From the IMG/VR virus record IMGVR_UViG_3300003886_000003, positions 1 through 62,043 of that record: DNA of 62,043 bases; one strand, written 5' to 3'. Source of the stretch: a virus (taxonomy: Duplodnaviria > Caudoviricetes). Shown here piece by piece: positions 1 through 8,474 of the stretch; position 1 is the stretch's first letter, and every line of letters begins with the position of its first letter. A program made the position numbers and the translations under genes. Under the pieces are notes generated by a model, which saw nothing but the letters and a program-made list of their open reading frames with translations, did no database searches and was not told the origin of the DNA.

Positions 1-91
1 CCGCTACCGCCCGGTAGACGCCACTGGGCCATCGGGCGCTGTGGTCTATGATGAGGGGCTGTTCATGTACTCCCATCACGAGTCAGACCCG
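1..91. repeat. Terminal direct repeat, copy 1 (identical to 61953-62043); circular-assembly overlap
   Basis: First 91 nt match the last 91 nt exactly; the primase reading frame runs continuously across the junction. Confidence 0.95.
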
Positions 92-2095
92 GCTGGTATG
101 CAGAATGTCAATGCCTGGGACTTGGTACGCATCCATCTGTTCGGCGACTTCAGCGATGCTGACTTAAAGCTGCCGGTCATGTCGCGCCCCAGTAGCCAGC
201 GCATGTCTGAACTCGCACTCAACGACCCCGCTGTGACCGCTAACGTCGATAAGTTGGAAGATGAAATGGACGACATCGGTAAGACGGCGAGCCAGGAGCC
301 TGATCCGGGGGATGTGGGCGAAGTTGGGCAAAGTGGGGCGAAAAGTTCTGCCCCCAACGCCCCACTGCAAGTGCCTGATTCTGATAGTGATTGGGATGAC
401 GTGGGCGAAGTTGGGCAAAGTGGGGCGAAAAGTTCTACCCAAAATAACCAAGATACCGCGCCAGTCACTGACGAGCCTGTTCGCTTGACCTATGATGTCA
501 TCGCCCGTGAGATAGACGCGCTCGAAGCCCCCTCGTTCCATGACTGCCAAGCGCTGATCCCTCGTATCGCCGCCGCCAAGCTGGGTGAGGCTGAGGCCGG
601 TGCTCTGGCTTCCCGCCTGCGCAATCTCTGGCCTGAGCCTGCGCCGACCAAGAAGAATATCGTGGATGATATCAAGATCGCTTCCAAGCGGCTCACAGCA
701 CGACTCAGTGACAGTGGTGAAATTGCGGATATTGAGGAGTCGTTAATACACGCCGTGCTCAGGGAGCACTTTGGTGGGGGTGATCACATCCTGCGTACCG
801 GGCGCTTGTTCTGGGTCTTCAATGGTGGTGTGTGGATGCCAGCGGACGATGAGCGGGTACGCGGCTGTCTTCAAAAAACGGTGATACGCCTGCGCAAAGA
901 CCGCCCGGAGGATTTTATGGACTTGGTAGCGGCTGTCGGGGACGCCAAAACCAGCGCGTTAGTGAACCAGTTGTGGGCCATGCTTTGTGTTCAGGTTGCT
1001 GAAGTCACAGCAATAAGCGATCCACTGGGGCTTATGCGGCGCTTTATGCCACCCGTGATTAACTGCCTGAACGGTGAACTGTGGTTTGAAATGGACGGCA
1101 CGTTCACGTTTCGCAAGCATGATCCGGCCAATCGATTCACCACCCAGCTTAACGCCGAATACGATCCCGACGCCGAATGCCCCTTGTGGGACGGCTTCAT
1201 GGCAACGGTGTGGAGTGAAACAGGTGATCCCGAAGACATGCAGCGCCACATTGAAGAGTTCGGGGGCTACTGCCTGCAAATGTCACGCTGGTTGAAGACC
1301 TGGGTGCTGTTCTACGGCAAGAAAGACACCGGCAAGTCAACCACCATTGAAGTGATCAGTGAGATGCTGGGCAAGTCGGTAGTCTCCCGACCACTCAAGA
1401 GCTATGAGGGTGGCAACGACCATGCTGAGGCGGGACTGATCGGTAAGCTGCTCATGGTTGACGATGATTTTGGGCGCAATGATCGCTTACCGGATGGCTT
1501 CATCAAGCGTATCTCCGAAGAGAAACCTATCACAGCAAATCCCAAAGGCAAAGATGAGTACCCATTCATTGCACGGGTGCTGCCGGTCATCTGTTCAAAC
1601 TACTGGCCGCAGACCTCAGACATCAGTGATGCTTTCACAGAGCGTGCAATGGTGCTCAACTTCAGCCATCGGATAGTGGGTAGCGAGCGCTCGGACCAAG
1701 CCAAAGCACGCATGGTCACGGGTGAGCTGTCTGGTATCCTGAATAAGTTTGTGCGGGGTTTTAGCAATTTGAGAGCGCGTGGTGAATGGGAACCCCCTGT
1801 TGATGCCATGATCGCTCATGAGATGTGGTCCCTACAGGCTAACCCGTTAAACCTGTTTGTTAGTGAAAACCTTGTCAGGATAAAAACAGGCGGTATTAAA
1901 CGCTCTAACCTATATCGCTACTACCGGCACTGGGTGATTGGTGGGGGTTTTAGAACAATGGGTAAATCCCACTTCTTTGAAGCGATGAGCTATTTGCTGG
2001 GTGCTGCGACCAAGTATCAAGGTGAAATGACTTACCGGGGGTGGGAAATAAGTGATAATAGCGCAGTGAGTGAAGATGAGCTGGCAGATTTTTAA
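1..2095 (+). CDS. Primase-helicase, C-terminal part (D5/P4-family SF3 helicase)
   Basis: INCLNG D5-N-like motif, Walker A GKKDTGKST, Walker B LMVDDD, motif C ICSN, C-terminal winged-helix-like region. Confidence 0.9.
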   Translation, partial: RYRPVDATGPSGAVVYDEGLFMYSHHESDPAGMQNVNAWDLVRIHLFGDFSDADLKLPVMSRPSSQRMSELALNDPAVTANVDKLEDEMDDIGKTASQEPDPGDVGEVGQSGAKSSAPNAPLQVPDSDSDWDDVGEVGQSGAKSSTQNNQDTAPVTDEPVRLTYDVIAREIDALEAPSFHDCQALIPRIAAAKLGEAEAGALASRLRNLWPEPAPTKKNIVDDIKIASKRLTARLSDSGEIADIEESLIHAVLREHFGGGDHILRTGRLFWVFNGGVWMPADDERVRGCLQKTVIRLRKDRPEDFMDLVAAVGDAKTSALVNQLWAMLCVQVAEVTAISDPLGLMRRFMPPVINCLNGELWFEMDGTFTFRKHDPANRFTTQLNAEYDPDAECPLWDGFMATVWSETGDPEDMQRHIEEFGGYCLQMSRWLKTWVLFYGKKDTGKSTTIEVISEMLGKSVVSRPLKSYEGGNDHAEAGLIGKLLMVDDDFGRNDRLPDGFIKRISEEKPITANPKGKDEYPFIARVLPVICSNYWPQTSDISDAFTERAMVLNFSHRIVGSERSDQAKARMVTGELSGILNKFVRGFSNLRARGEWEPPVDAMIAHEMWSLQANPLNLFVSENLVRIKTGGIKRSNLYRYYRHWVIGGGFRTMGKSHFFEAMSYLLGAATKYQGEMTYRGWEISDNSAVSEDELADF
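314..436 (+). repeat. 36-bp direct repeat (314-349, 401-436) in the primase linker, iteron-like
   Basis: GTGGGCGAAGTTGGGCAAAGTGGGGCGAAAAGTTCT occurs twice; encodes VGEVGQSGAKSS twice. Confidence 0.9.
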
Positions 2096-2113
2096 CCATA
2101 TTGATGTAAAATT

Positions 2114-2614
2114 TTATAGACCATGAGTTGGGGAAAAACTGTATTTTAAATTTGCAGCAAGTCTTCTTATTTTTGCGGCTTCAAGGTTATTGAAGTACCC
2201 TAAGTGAATACACTTACTATTAACACCTATTGTAGCCCTCCATATTTCCCTCACTTTACACCACGAAACACCAGTCATCCCTGATAAGTTATTTATGCTC
2301 TTACATGCGTTTCTCATATTGTAGCTAGTGTTTACATCACGCAAATTAGCGATTCTGTTATCACTCCCACTACGGTTTATGTGGTCAATCTCAAATTCAG
2401 GAAAAGTGCCGTAAACATATAACCAGGCTAACCGGTGGGCAAAATACTTTTTACTATCAACCTGCATTCGTATATAAGGGGTATTGCGGCTACTATCCAA
2501 TACCCCAGCAACATCGCCTATTTTTACCCTGTTTGATACTCTTACTTTCCATGTAAAAACACCAGTATTGGGGTCATAGTGGAGTATTTCTTTTAATCTT
2601 TTTTGTGATACCAT
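2114..2614 (-). CDS. HNH-AP2 homing endonuclease
   Basis: LHYDPNTGVFTW, AHRLAWLY, IDHINR..DNRIANLR, then AP2-like GVSW...WRATI...HLGYF; AT-rich relative to neighbours. Confidence 0.9.
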   Translation of the reverse strand: MVSQKRLKEILHYDPNTGVFTWKVRVSNRVKIGDVAGVLDSSRNTPYIRMQVDSKKYFAHRLAWLYVYGTFPEFEIDHINRSGSDNRIANLRDVNTSYNMRNACKSINNLSGMTGVSWCKVREIWRATIGVNSKCIHLGYFNNLEAAKIRRLAANLKYSFSPTHGL

Positions 2615-2826
2615 CACAGTTCCTCTCTCGGTGTCACACGCCATGCTTCAACGTAGCGAATTTTAGTGATGTTGGTGCTGTCTCGCCAATACCGGTCACC
2701 ATACACTTTCACTTTCAACCGGCCATCGGGCATTCGCTTGAGAATGTCACATACCATGTAGTATTGTTTGCAGTTGCTACCGACGCAGTGCTTGCACTTC
2801 AGCAGGTGGTTAGGCTTGCTCATCAA
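2614..2826 (-). CDS. Hypothetical protein
   Basis: ORF coupled to neighbours by overlapping start/stop codons. Confidence 0.6.
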   Translation of the reverse strand: MMSKPNHLLKCKHCVGSNCKQYYMVCDILKRMPDGRLKVKVYGDRYWRDSTNITKIRYVEAWRVTPREEL

Positions 2827-3038
2827 ATCCTCTCCATGCTAATGTTCACGCGGGTATTAATGTGGTTCGGCTCATCATACACCCACACCACCTTTATCAC
2901 TTTAAAGATAGCGCCATGCTGACCGCCGCTAAAACGCAGCTCATCCCCCAGCCTGGGTACGAAGCGAATCACCTTTTTATTATAGAGCACATTGCGGTTA
3001 ATAAAGTGTGCCAGCACATCTGCCTTTGTATCAAACAC
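2823..3038 (-). CDS. Hypothetical protein
   Basis: GTG start overlapping the upstream gene; 3' part of track ORF 2823..3209. Confidence 0.5.
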   Translation of the reverse strand: MFDTKADVLAHFINRNVLYNKKVIRFVPRLGDELRFSGGQHGAIFKVIKVVWVYDEPNHINTRVNISMERI

Positions 3039-3225
3039 TATTTTCTTCCTTCTTCTTTCGTTCCTGGTAGTCTTCAACCATCTCAACCAACATGCTACCC
3101 CACTCATCACCACAAGTCTCTGACGTGTAGCTACAGTTGGCGCACTCCATATTCCCATCGTACGCCTCTTGAGGGGTCGGGTAATCAAAGGGTGAATCAC
3201 ACATCTCACAATACATGTAGGCCAT
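3031..3225 (-). CDS. Small zinc-ribbon-like protein
   Basis: CEMC...CANC motifs; coupled to the upstream gene. Confidence 0.6.
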   Translation of the reverse strand: MAYMYCEMCDSPFDYPTPQEAYDGNMECANCSYTSETCGDEWGSMLVEMVEDYQERKKKEENSV

Positions 3226-3929
3226 TATCGATTCTCCTTTGCTCTACTGTTTTTAACTCGCTTATCGAAGTCAATCCCAAAGCTGCCAAACTGGGTGGAT
3301 GGATACAGTTGTAGTATTGACCTGCGCCATAGGGACAACGCCCCCATCCCCCTATTAACATCATGCAGCCTGGGTTGCAGGTCATACGCTTCCTGCTCTG
3401 CCATTGGAAAAATAGTATCAAACCACTCCTTGTTATACCGCCTGACTATCCTATTGTACTTTGTGATGTTCTGAGTGACACATGCAAAGGCTTTTTTCCG
3501 CGCCTCACGCTTACCGCCGTGTAGGTGAAAACGAAAGTCCTTTTTTGTTTTAATGCCAGTCTTAATGTTCATTACCCGGCACACCCACGCATGACACTCA
3601 CCACCACCTCGCTCTCGTATTATCTGGTGGCGTATGCCCACCATGCGAGCAGGAGTAGGTAGCTCCAACTCCCTTATCAACGTACCGCTCGGCAACACCT
3701 TGTGCTTCTTGAACAGCTTGTTACGTTCTGTCAGTGCCAGCTTTAGTGAGTCGTCACCAAGCCCTGGAAAATAGGGTTGATACACCTGTTTGTCGATTGT
3801 GATGATCACTTGGTAGCCTTTAAAATCCTGTGGCCGACCAACTCTTATGTTGAGGAAAGCAAACACCGCCCTCATCTTCGCAATATCGGGCTTGTGCGGT
3901 TCTATGCGGTTCAAATTACTACTGGCCAT
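3225..3929 (-). CDS. Putative DNA-binding protein with AP2-like domain(s)
   Basis: VGI...AWVCRV...KKDFRFHLHGGKREARKKAFA resembles the AP2 beta-sheet plus helix; a second weaker copy lies N-terminally. Confidence 0.5.
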   Translation of the reverse strand: MASSNLNRIEPHKPDIAKMRAVFAFLNIRVGRPQDFKGYQVIITIDKQVYQPYFPGLGDDSLKLALTERNKLFKKHKVLPSGTLIRELELPTPARMVGIRHQIIRERGGGECHAWVCRVMNIKTGIKTKKDFRFHLHGGKREARKKAFACVTQNITKYNRIVRRYNKEWFDTIFPMAEQEAYDLQPRLHDVNRGMGALSLWRRSILQLYPSTQFGSFGIDFDKRVKNSRAKENR

Positions 3930-3933
3930 TATC

Positions 3934-4095
3934 TTATCCTCTTGTTACTCGCCATATCCAAGCCACACCCTCCATTAATGCCACTCCCAATATTACCCCG
4001 GCAATAAACCCACTGAACACATCATCAGGTGATGTGCCCCTGTAGACGACTACCGCCGCTACCAGCAGACCGGCAATGTAGAGTGCCCGAATCAC
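3934..4095 (-). CDS. Small two-TM membrane protein (53 aa, not in ORF track)
   Basis: GTGA overlap with upstream stop; MIRALYIAGLLVAAVVVY...FIAGVILGVALMEGVAWIW. Confidence 0.55.
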   Translation of the reverse strand: MIRALYIAGLLVAAVVVYRGTSPDDVFSGFIAGVILGVALMEGVAWIWRVTRG

Positions 4096-4688
4096 GCTTC
4101 AAACTCCGATGCCGGGCAGTCGGGGTGGTGCACATCCCCCGGCGCGTTACACTCACAAGACGGTGCGGCGGGTAGTGGTGGCAGGGGCGTATCATCATCA
4201 CCCCCAAGCTCAGCCGTGTGCTCGGTGTTCGGTTTATGACGAATCACTACGTTGTCCAGCTCCCGCTTTATCCGCTCGTTTAGCTGATCCTGTGACAGCC
4301 GCGCACGCTGAGAACGCTCAAACCGCTTCTCACGCTCGTACTGAATAGTCGCGGCGCTCTTCCGATCCTGCACGTACTGCTCACGCTGAGTGGGCTTAGT
4401 GCGCTTGTCCGGCTCAGTGTTCCGGCCTGTGTCCCACTCAAGGTTAATCGCTTGACCGGCGCTGTCCAACCACTGGTGACTGGGCATCCGTGTCTTACAC
4501 AACTGAACAATGTGCGCCACCCCCCGCTCAGTAGTGGCGTAGACATCGCCCACGCCCTGAACTGGCAAGATCATGCGCTCACGAATGAGCCAGATGATGG
4601 TGTCTTTAACTGCCGGTGCGCGGGCGTTGGGTACTGGTGCCTGTGAGGTGTAGCAGTGCAGCAGTACGGTGATTGTCAATGGCGTCAT
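4092..4688 (-). CDS. Hypothetical protein; N-terminal domain paralogous to 4688..4951
   Basis: Shared MTP..I..L.HC..S...P....AVK..I..L....I...Y..T.RG.AHI.Q.....P...W.DSAG pattern. Confidence 0.7.
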   Translation of the reverse strand: MTPLTITVLLHCYTSQAPVPNARAPAVKDTIIWLIRERMILPVQGVGDVYATTERGVAHIVQLCKTRMPSHQWLDSAGQAINLEWDTGRNTEPDKRTKPTQREQYVQDRKSAATIQYEREKRFERSQRARLSQDQLNERIKRELDNVVIRHKPNTEHTAELGGDDDTPLPPLPAAPSCECNAPGDVHHPDCPASEFEA

Positions 4689-4951
4689 CAGTCTATTACC
4701 TCCCCGGCGCTATCGACCCAAACAGCCCTCGGTAGCGGCAACTGGGTAATCTGTTTAATGTGTGCTCGACCACGCTTGGTGGAGCAGTATATGGCTTGCT
4801 CGTGCTTCTCCGACTCCTGCTCATCACGCTGAATCAACCCGGCGCACAGTAGCCCTTCAATTGAGTTCTTAACCGCCGCACTGCCTTGCCGGGGGTGTTG
4901 AGAGGGTGAGACATGGCAGTGAATCAGTATCTCAATGTCGTTGGGTGTCAT
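4688..4951 (-). CDS. Hypothetical protein, winged-helix-like
   Basis: GGAG RBS; paralog of the downstream gene; Y..T.RG wing-like motif. Confidence 0.7.
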   Translation of the reverse strand: MTPNDIEILIHCHVSPSQHPRQGSAAVKNSIEGLLCAGLIQRDEQESEKHEQAIYCSTKRGRAHIKQITQLPLPRAVWVDSAGEVID

Positions 4952-4979
4952 GGTTTTCTCCAAGTTATTTTAATAGTGT

Positions 4980-5540
4980 AGTTGATAAGAATATCAGAGA
5001 TGAGGGGCGAATGGAAGCGGGATTGTGGGGTGGTTTGATGGTTGTTTGAGGGTTCGGGGAGAGTGCTATTGGGGTGCTATTGGGGTGCCAAGCTGACCGG
5101 GTTGTTGACGAATTACAGGGGGCTTGGAGGGGTAAAACGCGGGATTTTATATTTTGAGGTGCCCGCCGTAGGGGGCAAAATGGTTATGGTGGGAGGATTT
5201 TAAATTTTTGGATGGGGAGGTTGATAAGTTTGGTTGATTTTAGGTTTTTCGGGTATTTTCTGTTGCCCCCTGTTGCCCCTATATTCAAGGGTTTTGCCCT
5301 TTGATTTGCCCCTAGACTGATTTTTTAAGTTATTGATTGTATCTAATAATATTTTTAAAAGGGGTAGAAGGGGTAGAACTAGAAATATCTTTATATATAG
5401 TAAATGTTTTATGTCCCTACATAATTAGGTGACAAAGAAAATTCTGTATATATAAGGGTAGAACTTTTATTTTGCCCCCAATGCCCCCTAGCCTGTTTTG
5501 GTTGGTGACGAATGATGACGAATGATGGCCGGTCAGCCTG
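4980..5540. other. Putative replication origin (iterons plus AT-rich core)
   Basis: About 560 bp non-coding; clustered TTGCCC(C) and GGGTAGAA repeats around an AT-rich TATATA core; the same motifs occur in the primase gene repeat. Confidence 0.6.
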
Positions 5541-5544
5541 GGGG

Positions 5545-5775
5545 CTAAATGTTCAAATCCAGCCAGTCGTTCAGAGTGCCATCAAAATCACGTAATGTTT
5601 TTAGCAGCAATAACCATTCGTTTATTTCCCATGCGTGCTTGCCATCACTAGCGGCTGTATAGAGCACCTCAGCGAGTGAAGTGTGGCGTGTGGATGTCAG
5701 GACATAGGATAGTTGCAGATGGCCGTGAGCGCGCAGCAGGGGAACGCCTGTGAGTACCTGGGTTGCCATCAGCAA
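5545..5775 (-). CDS. Hypothetical protein
   Basis: ORF track; coupled to the upstream gene. Confidence 0.5.
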   Translation of the reverse strand: MLMATQVLTGVPLLRAHGHLQLSYVLTSTRHTSLAEVLYTAASDGKHAWEINEWLLLLKTLRDFDGTLNDWLDLNI

Positions 5776-6098
5776 TACCCCCGTGGTGTGTCAAGTACGC
5801 ATTGATAGGCGTCTATTTCCTGATTGTCTGGGTTGATAGCTGCCAGTGGATGAAACAGGCACATTCTGAGCGTGCCCTTGTCATGGGGGAATGGGTACGG
5901 GTTACAGGTGCAAAGCCGGTCAGCCATAATGCGGCGCTTCATTTCAGCGCGGCGCTCTTTTTCAGCGCTGTGTGTCTCACGTGAGCCGCAGTGTGGGCAT
6001 TTCGGCCATTTTGCGTACTGTTCTGGCAGTTTGTAGATTGTGAAGCGTGAGCCGCAGCCTAGAGCGCCACGGCTACAGCGCATCCTGTGCCTACTCAT
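5769..6098 (-). CDS. Cys/His-rich putative zinc-binding protein
   Basis: C..C, CPHCG and CTCNPYPFPH...C..H motifs. Confidence 0.65.
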   Translation of the reverse strand: MSRHRMRCSRGALGCGSRFTIYKLPEQYAKWPKCPHCGSRETHSAEKERRAEMKRRIMADRLCTCNPYPFPHDKGTLRMCLFHPLAAINPDNQEIDAYQCVLDTPRGYC

Positions 6099-6285
6099 CA
6101 GCGCCTAGCCAGTGGCGATAGCGCCCTATTGTGTTGCCATTGGTATCACGGATAGGGAAGTCAGACTCCTGTTCAACCACACGATCAGCGATATCTCGCA
6201 GGACGTTGTAAATGCCCCCTTGTATGCCCCCGTCAGAATCTTCAAAGGCGGCGTTGTCAGTGTTGAATGTTATCACTACTTGCAT
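6091..6285 (-). CDS. Hypothetical early protein
   Basis: GGAG RBS; MQVVITFNTDNAAFED...IRDTNGNTIG, a common small phage protein type. Confidence 0.7.
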   Translation of the reverse strand: MQVVITFNTDNAAFEDSDGGIQGGIYNVLRDIADRVVEQESDFPIRDTNGNTIGRYRHWLGADE

Positions 6286-6298
6286 TGTGTTTTCTCCT

Positions 6299-6607
6299 TC
6301 ACCATTGGTAGGTTCTAAGTTCAGGTACTTCCACGCCATCCCGGTCAAGCACAAGGTAGGAGCAGCCGTATTTTACAGCCAGGTCTATCAGTGAGATAAA
6401 TCCGTTACTAAACCCCGCCCCATTGCAGGCAGGAGCAACAATGTCAGGTGTCATTTCTGCCGTCAGGAAGATAATGAAGCCGTATTCAAAATTGACGACA
6501 CGGCACAGATCAAAACTTTGTTCTGTTGTGTCTTTAAGATAGTCGTTATCGACTCGCGTGATATGGCAGGTATTAATGACCAGCGCTTTTTCTATTGGGA
6601 GTTTCAT
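6299..6607 (-). CDS. DUF5983-like protein
   Basis: NTCHIT, EYGFII, GCSYLVLDRDG...L..YQW pattern. Confidence 0.55.
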   Translation of the reverse strand: MKLPIEKALVINTCHITRVDNDYLKDTTEQSFDLCRVVNFEYGFIIFLTAEMTPDIVAPACNGAGFSNGFISLIDLAVKYGCSYLVLDRDGVEVPELRTYQW

Positions 6608-6609
6608 GT

Positions 6610-6789
6610 CTAGCAGTTCCCTGTGTTGTCGTAGATAGGGTTTTCAGAATCGCTATTCAGGATGATACGGCATATTGGCCCCGCCGGGTCTTCATGCAAG
6701 CAGGCAGGAGTCATTATATTAATTTCCAATATGCCATCCGTATCCGATTTGTGTACAGTAATTTTAAAGTCTTTTGATTTGATTGTCAT
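6610..6789 (-). CDS. Hypothetical early protein
   Basis: CAACACA leader plus GAGG RBS before ATG 6789. Confidence 0.6.
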   Translation of the reverse strand: MTIKSKDFKITVHKSDTDGILEINIMTPACLHEDPAGPICRIILNSDSENPIYDNTGNC

Positions 6790-6833
6790 GGTGTGTGCCT
6801 CTTTGTGTTGCTGACGAATTGAGTGTGCCAGGG

Positions 6834-7508
6834 TTAGAAACAGTCTCTGAGTGTCCATGGTTCATCAATATAGCCTTGTGCCTCATCGTGCAGTTTCTGA
6901 ATTTCTATATTTACTTTAAGGATGGTGGCACTTAGCGCGTCGCTTTTTTTAGTTGCCTCTTCCCGCAATTCAGCGGCGCGAGTTTTTGCGTCCTCTTTCA
7001 TGGTGTATTCACATTCTTTTTCGGCGTCGAATTGTGCCCGGCCATCGGCCTGTACTGCCGCTAGGTGCAAGCCTTCATCAATGCCAGTGGTGTCTGTGCC
7101 ACCTTTTTCTCCCAGCACATAATCAAAGTCAATAAGTGCAGCGCTTTCCGTGCCTGACCACGTGTCACAGTATCCGATAACGTATACCGGGCATCCCTTG
7201 CGTGCTGGTAGTTGCCACACAGCACCCCGGTAGGTGTCAGCGTTACCGGAATCATTGCGGTTATACCAGCCCTTGTGTCCAAGCCGTATAATTTCATCGG
7301 CGTACTTGACAAAGCGCAGCCCCGATTTTTCAGTGCTTTCAATCCATCGCTTTTTAGTGTCTTCAATTTGTGGATTGTAGACACTGGCAGGTTTATGGGA
7401 GGTAACCGCCTTGTGTTTTTGACGAATCAAAGATAGTACAGCGCAAGCGGTCAAGTGTGGAAGATGGGCGCGTGTTGCTTTAAAGCGGGTATATTTGCTT
7501 GTGGTCAT
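6834..7508 (-). CDS. Hypothetical early protein
   Basis: 224-aa ORF with CACAACACAGGA leader. Confidence 0.75.
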   Translation of the reverse strand: MTTSKYTRFKATRAHLPHLTACAVLSLIRQKHKAVTSHKPASVYNPQIEDTKKRWIESTEKSGLRFVKYADEIIRLGHKGWYNRNDSGNADTYRGAVWQLPARKGCPVYVIGYCDTWSGTESAALIDFDYVLGEKGGTDTTGIDEGLHLAAVQADGRAQFDAEKECEYTMKEDAKTRAAELREEATKKSDALSATILKVNIEIQKLHDEAQGYIDEPWTLRDCF

Positions 7509-7532
7509 GGTGTGCGTTTCCTGTGTTGTGTA

Positions 7533-7622
7533 AATCCAGACAGCGCCCCCAATGTTTACAGCCAGTCACAACACAAGCCATCGGGGGTACTGTTTCGGGC
7601 TGTGTGCCCTCATCAGTGGATT
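7533..7622 (-). ncRNA. Type I hammerhead ribozyme HH1
   Basis: AAUCCA-CUGAUGA-GGGC(ACACA)GCCC-GAAA-CAGUACCCCCGAUG...CAUUGGGGGCGCUG-UC^-UGGAUU; full core and three stems; predicted cut between 7539 and 7538. Confidence 0.9.
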
Positions 7623-7692
7623 AATCCTGTAGCGCGAATGCCAGTATTATAAAGGCAAATACTAGCAGTGAGTATGTTTCTACCCCTGACAT
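7621..7692 (-). CDS. 23-aa hydrophobic peptide
   Basis: GGGGGG RBS; MSGVETYSLLVFAFIILAFALQD; stop overlaps HH1 stem I. Confidence 0.45.
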   Translation of the reverse strand: MSGVETYSLLVFAFIILAFALQD

Positions 7693-7708
7693 TTGATTAC
7701 CCCCCGTG

Positions 7709-7867
7709 TTAGTTGTTCCAGTCTTTGCAGCATCGTGTTGATAACCATAATTCGCCGTCAAGGTATGCCTGCCTGTATTCATTTAACATTTTAGCCGCTT
7801 CCTGGCGGGTTCTATATTCGTCAATTGTTTCCGTGACACCCTGGTATTTATAATTTATGTATGTCAT
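7709..7867 (-). CDS. 52-aa early protein (not in ORF track)
   Basis: CACAACACA leader; MTYINYKYQGVTETIDEY...CCKDWNN. Confidence 0.7.
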   Translation of the reverse strand: MTYINYKYQGVTETIDEYRTRQEAAKMLNEYRQAYLDGELWLSTRCCKDWNN

Positions 7868-7896
7868 GTTTCAAACCCCGCTTGTGTTGTGGTTTA

Positions 7897-7956
7897 AGTC
7901 TATACAATGCCCATCAGTGGGGCATTGTTTCACGCTTACGCGATCATCAGTAGACT
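7897..7956 (-). ncRNA. Type I hammerhead ribozyme HH2
   Basis: AGUCUA-CUGAUGA-UCGC(GUAA)GCGU-GAAA-CAAUGCCC(CACUGAU)GGGCAUUG-UA^-UAGACU; cut between 7903 and 7902; first stem II pair is U-U. Confidence 0.82.
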
Positions 7957-8389
7957 AAGCGGCTTTTATTTCTCTTAGTGTTTTGGGTTCAAAATACAGG
8001 TCAATTTCTATGCTGTGTTCTATCAGTTCATCAATTGAGATATACCCCAGCTCCCCACCATGGCCAAGATTAGCAAACCCGAAAGCCTGGAACTGTTTGT
8101 CTTTGTCTAATGGGTGATCGTCGTCTGATCCTGCATCTTTTTCCAGTATGTACCAGTCCATACCACCATTAAAATAATGCAGGTGTACAATGGCAGCGTC
8201 GCCCTTGCCATCTTGTTGGCAGGTTTTCGGCATGTCGGCAATGAGCGCGGCCAGCTTTACCACCTTGTCAAAAAAATATTGTTTTTCTTCGCCGTGAAAG
8301 GTGGAAGTAATTGCAGCCAGTTGGCGCTTGCTGATAAAAGGTTTAAGCGTGTTGATTGCCTGGTGTGCGTCTTGTATTGTGGATTCCAT
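7955..8389 (-). CDS. DUF2958-like early protein
   Basis: HYF..GMDWYILE.D...AFGFANLG..GELGYISIDEL...IEIDLYFEPKTL pattern. Confidence 0.65.
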   Translation of the reverse strand: MESTIQDAHQAINTLKPFISKRQLAAITSTFHGEEKQYFFDKVVKLAALIADMPKTCQQDGKGDAAIVHLHYFNGGMDWYILEKDAGSDDDHPLDKDKQFQAFGFANLGHGGELGYISIDELIEHSIEIDLYFEPKTLREIKAA

Positions 8390-8414
8390 GTTAATACCTC
8401 TGTGTTGTGGTTTA

Positions 8415-8474
8415 AGTCTATACAATGCCCATCAGTGGGGCATTGTTTCACGCTTACGCGATCATCAGTAGACT
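8415..8474 (-). ncRNA. Type I hammerhead ribozyme HH3 (identical to HH2)
   Basis: Same sequence as HH2; cut between 8421 and 8420. Confidence 0.82.

Noticed and set aside
1-91. Physical terminal repeat of the virion DNA
   Set aside because: It falls mid-gene and preserves the primase frame, which is typical of an assembler overlap on a circular contig
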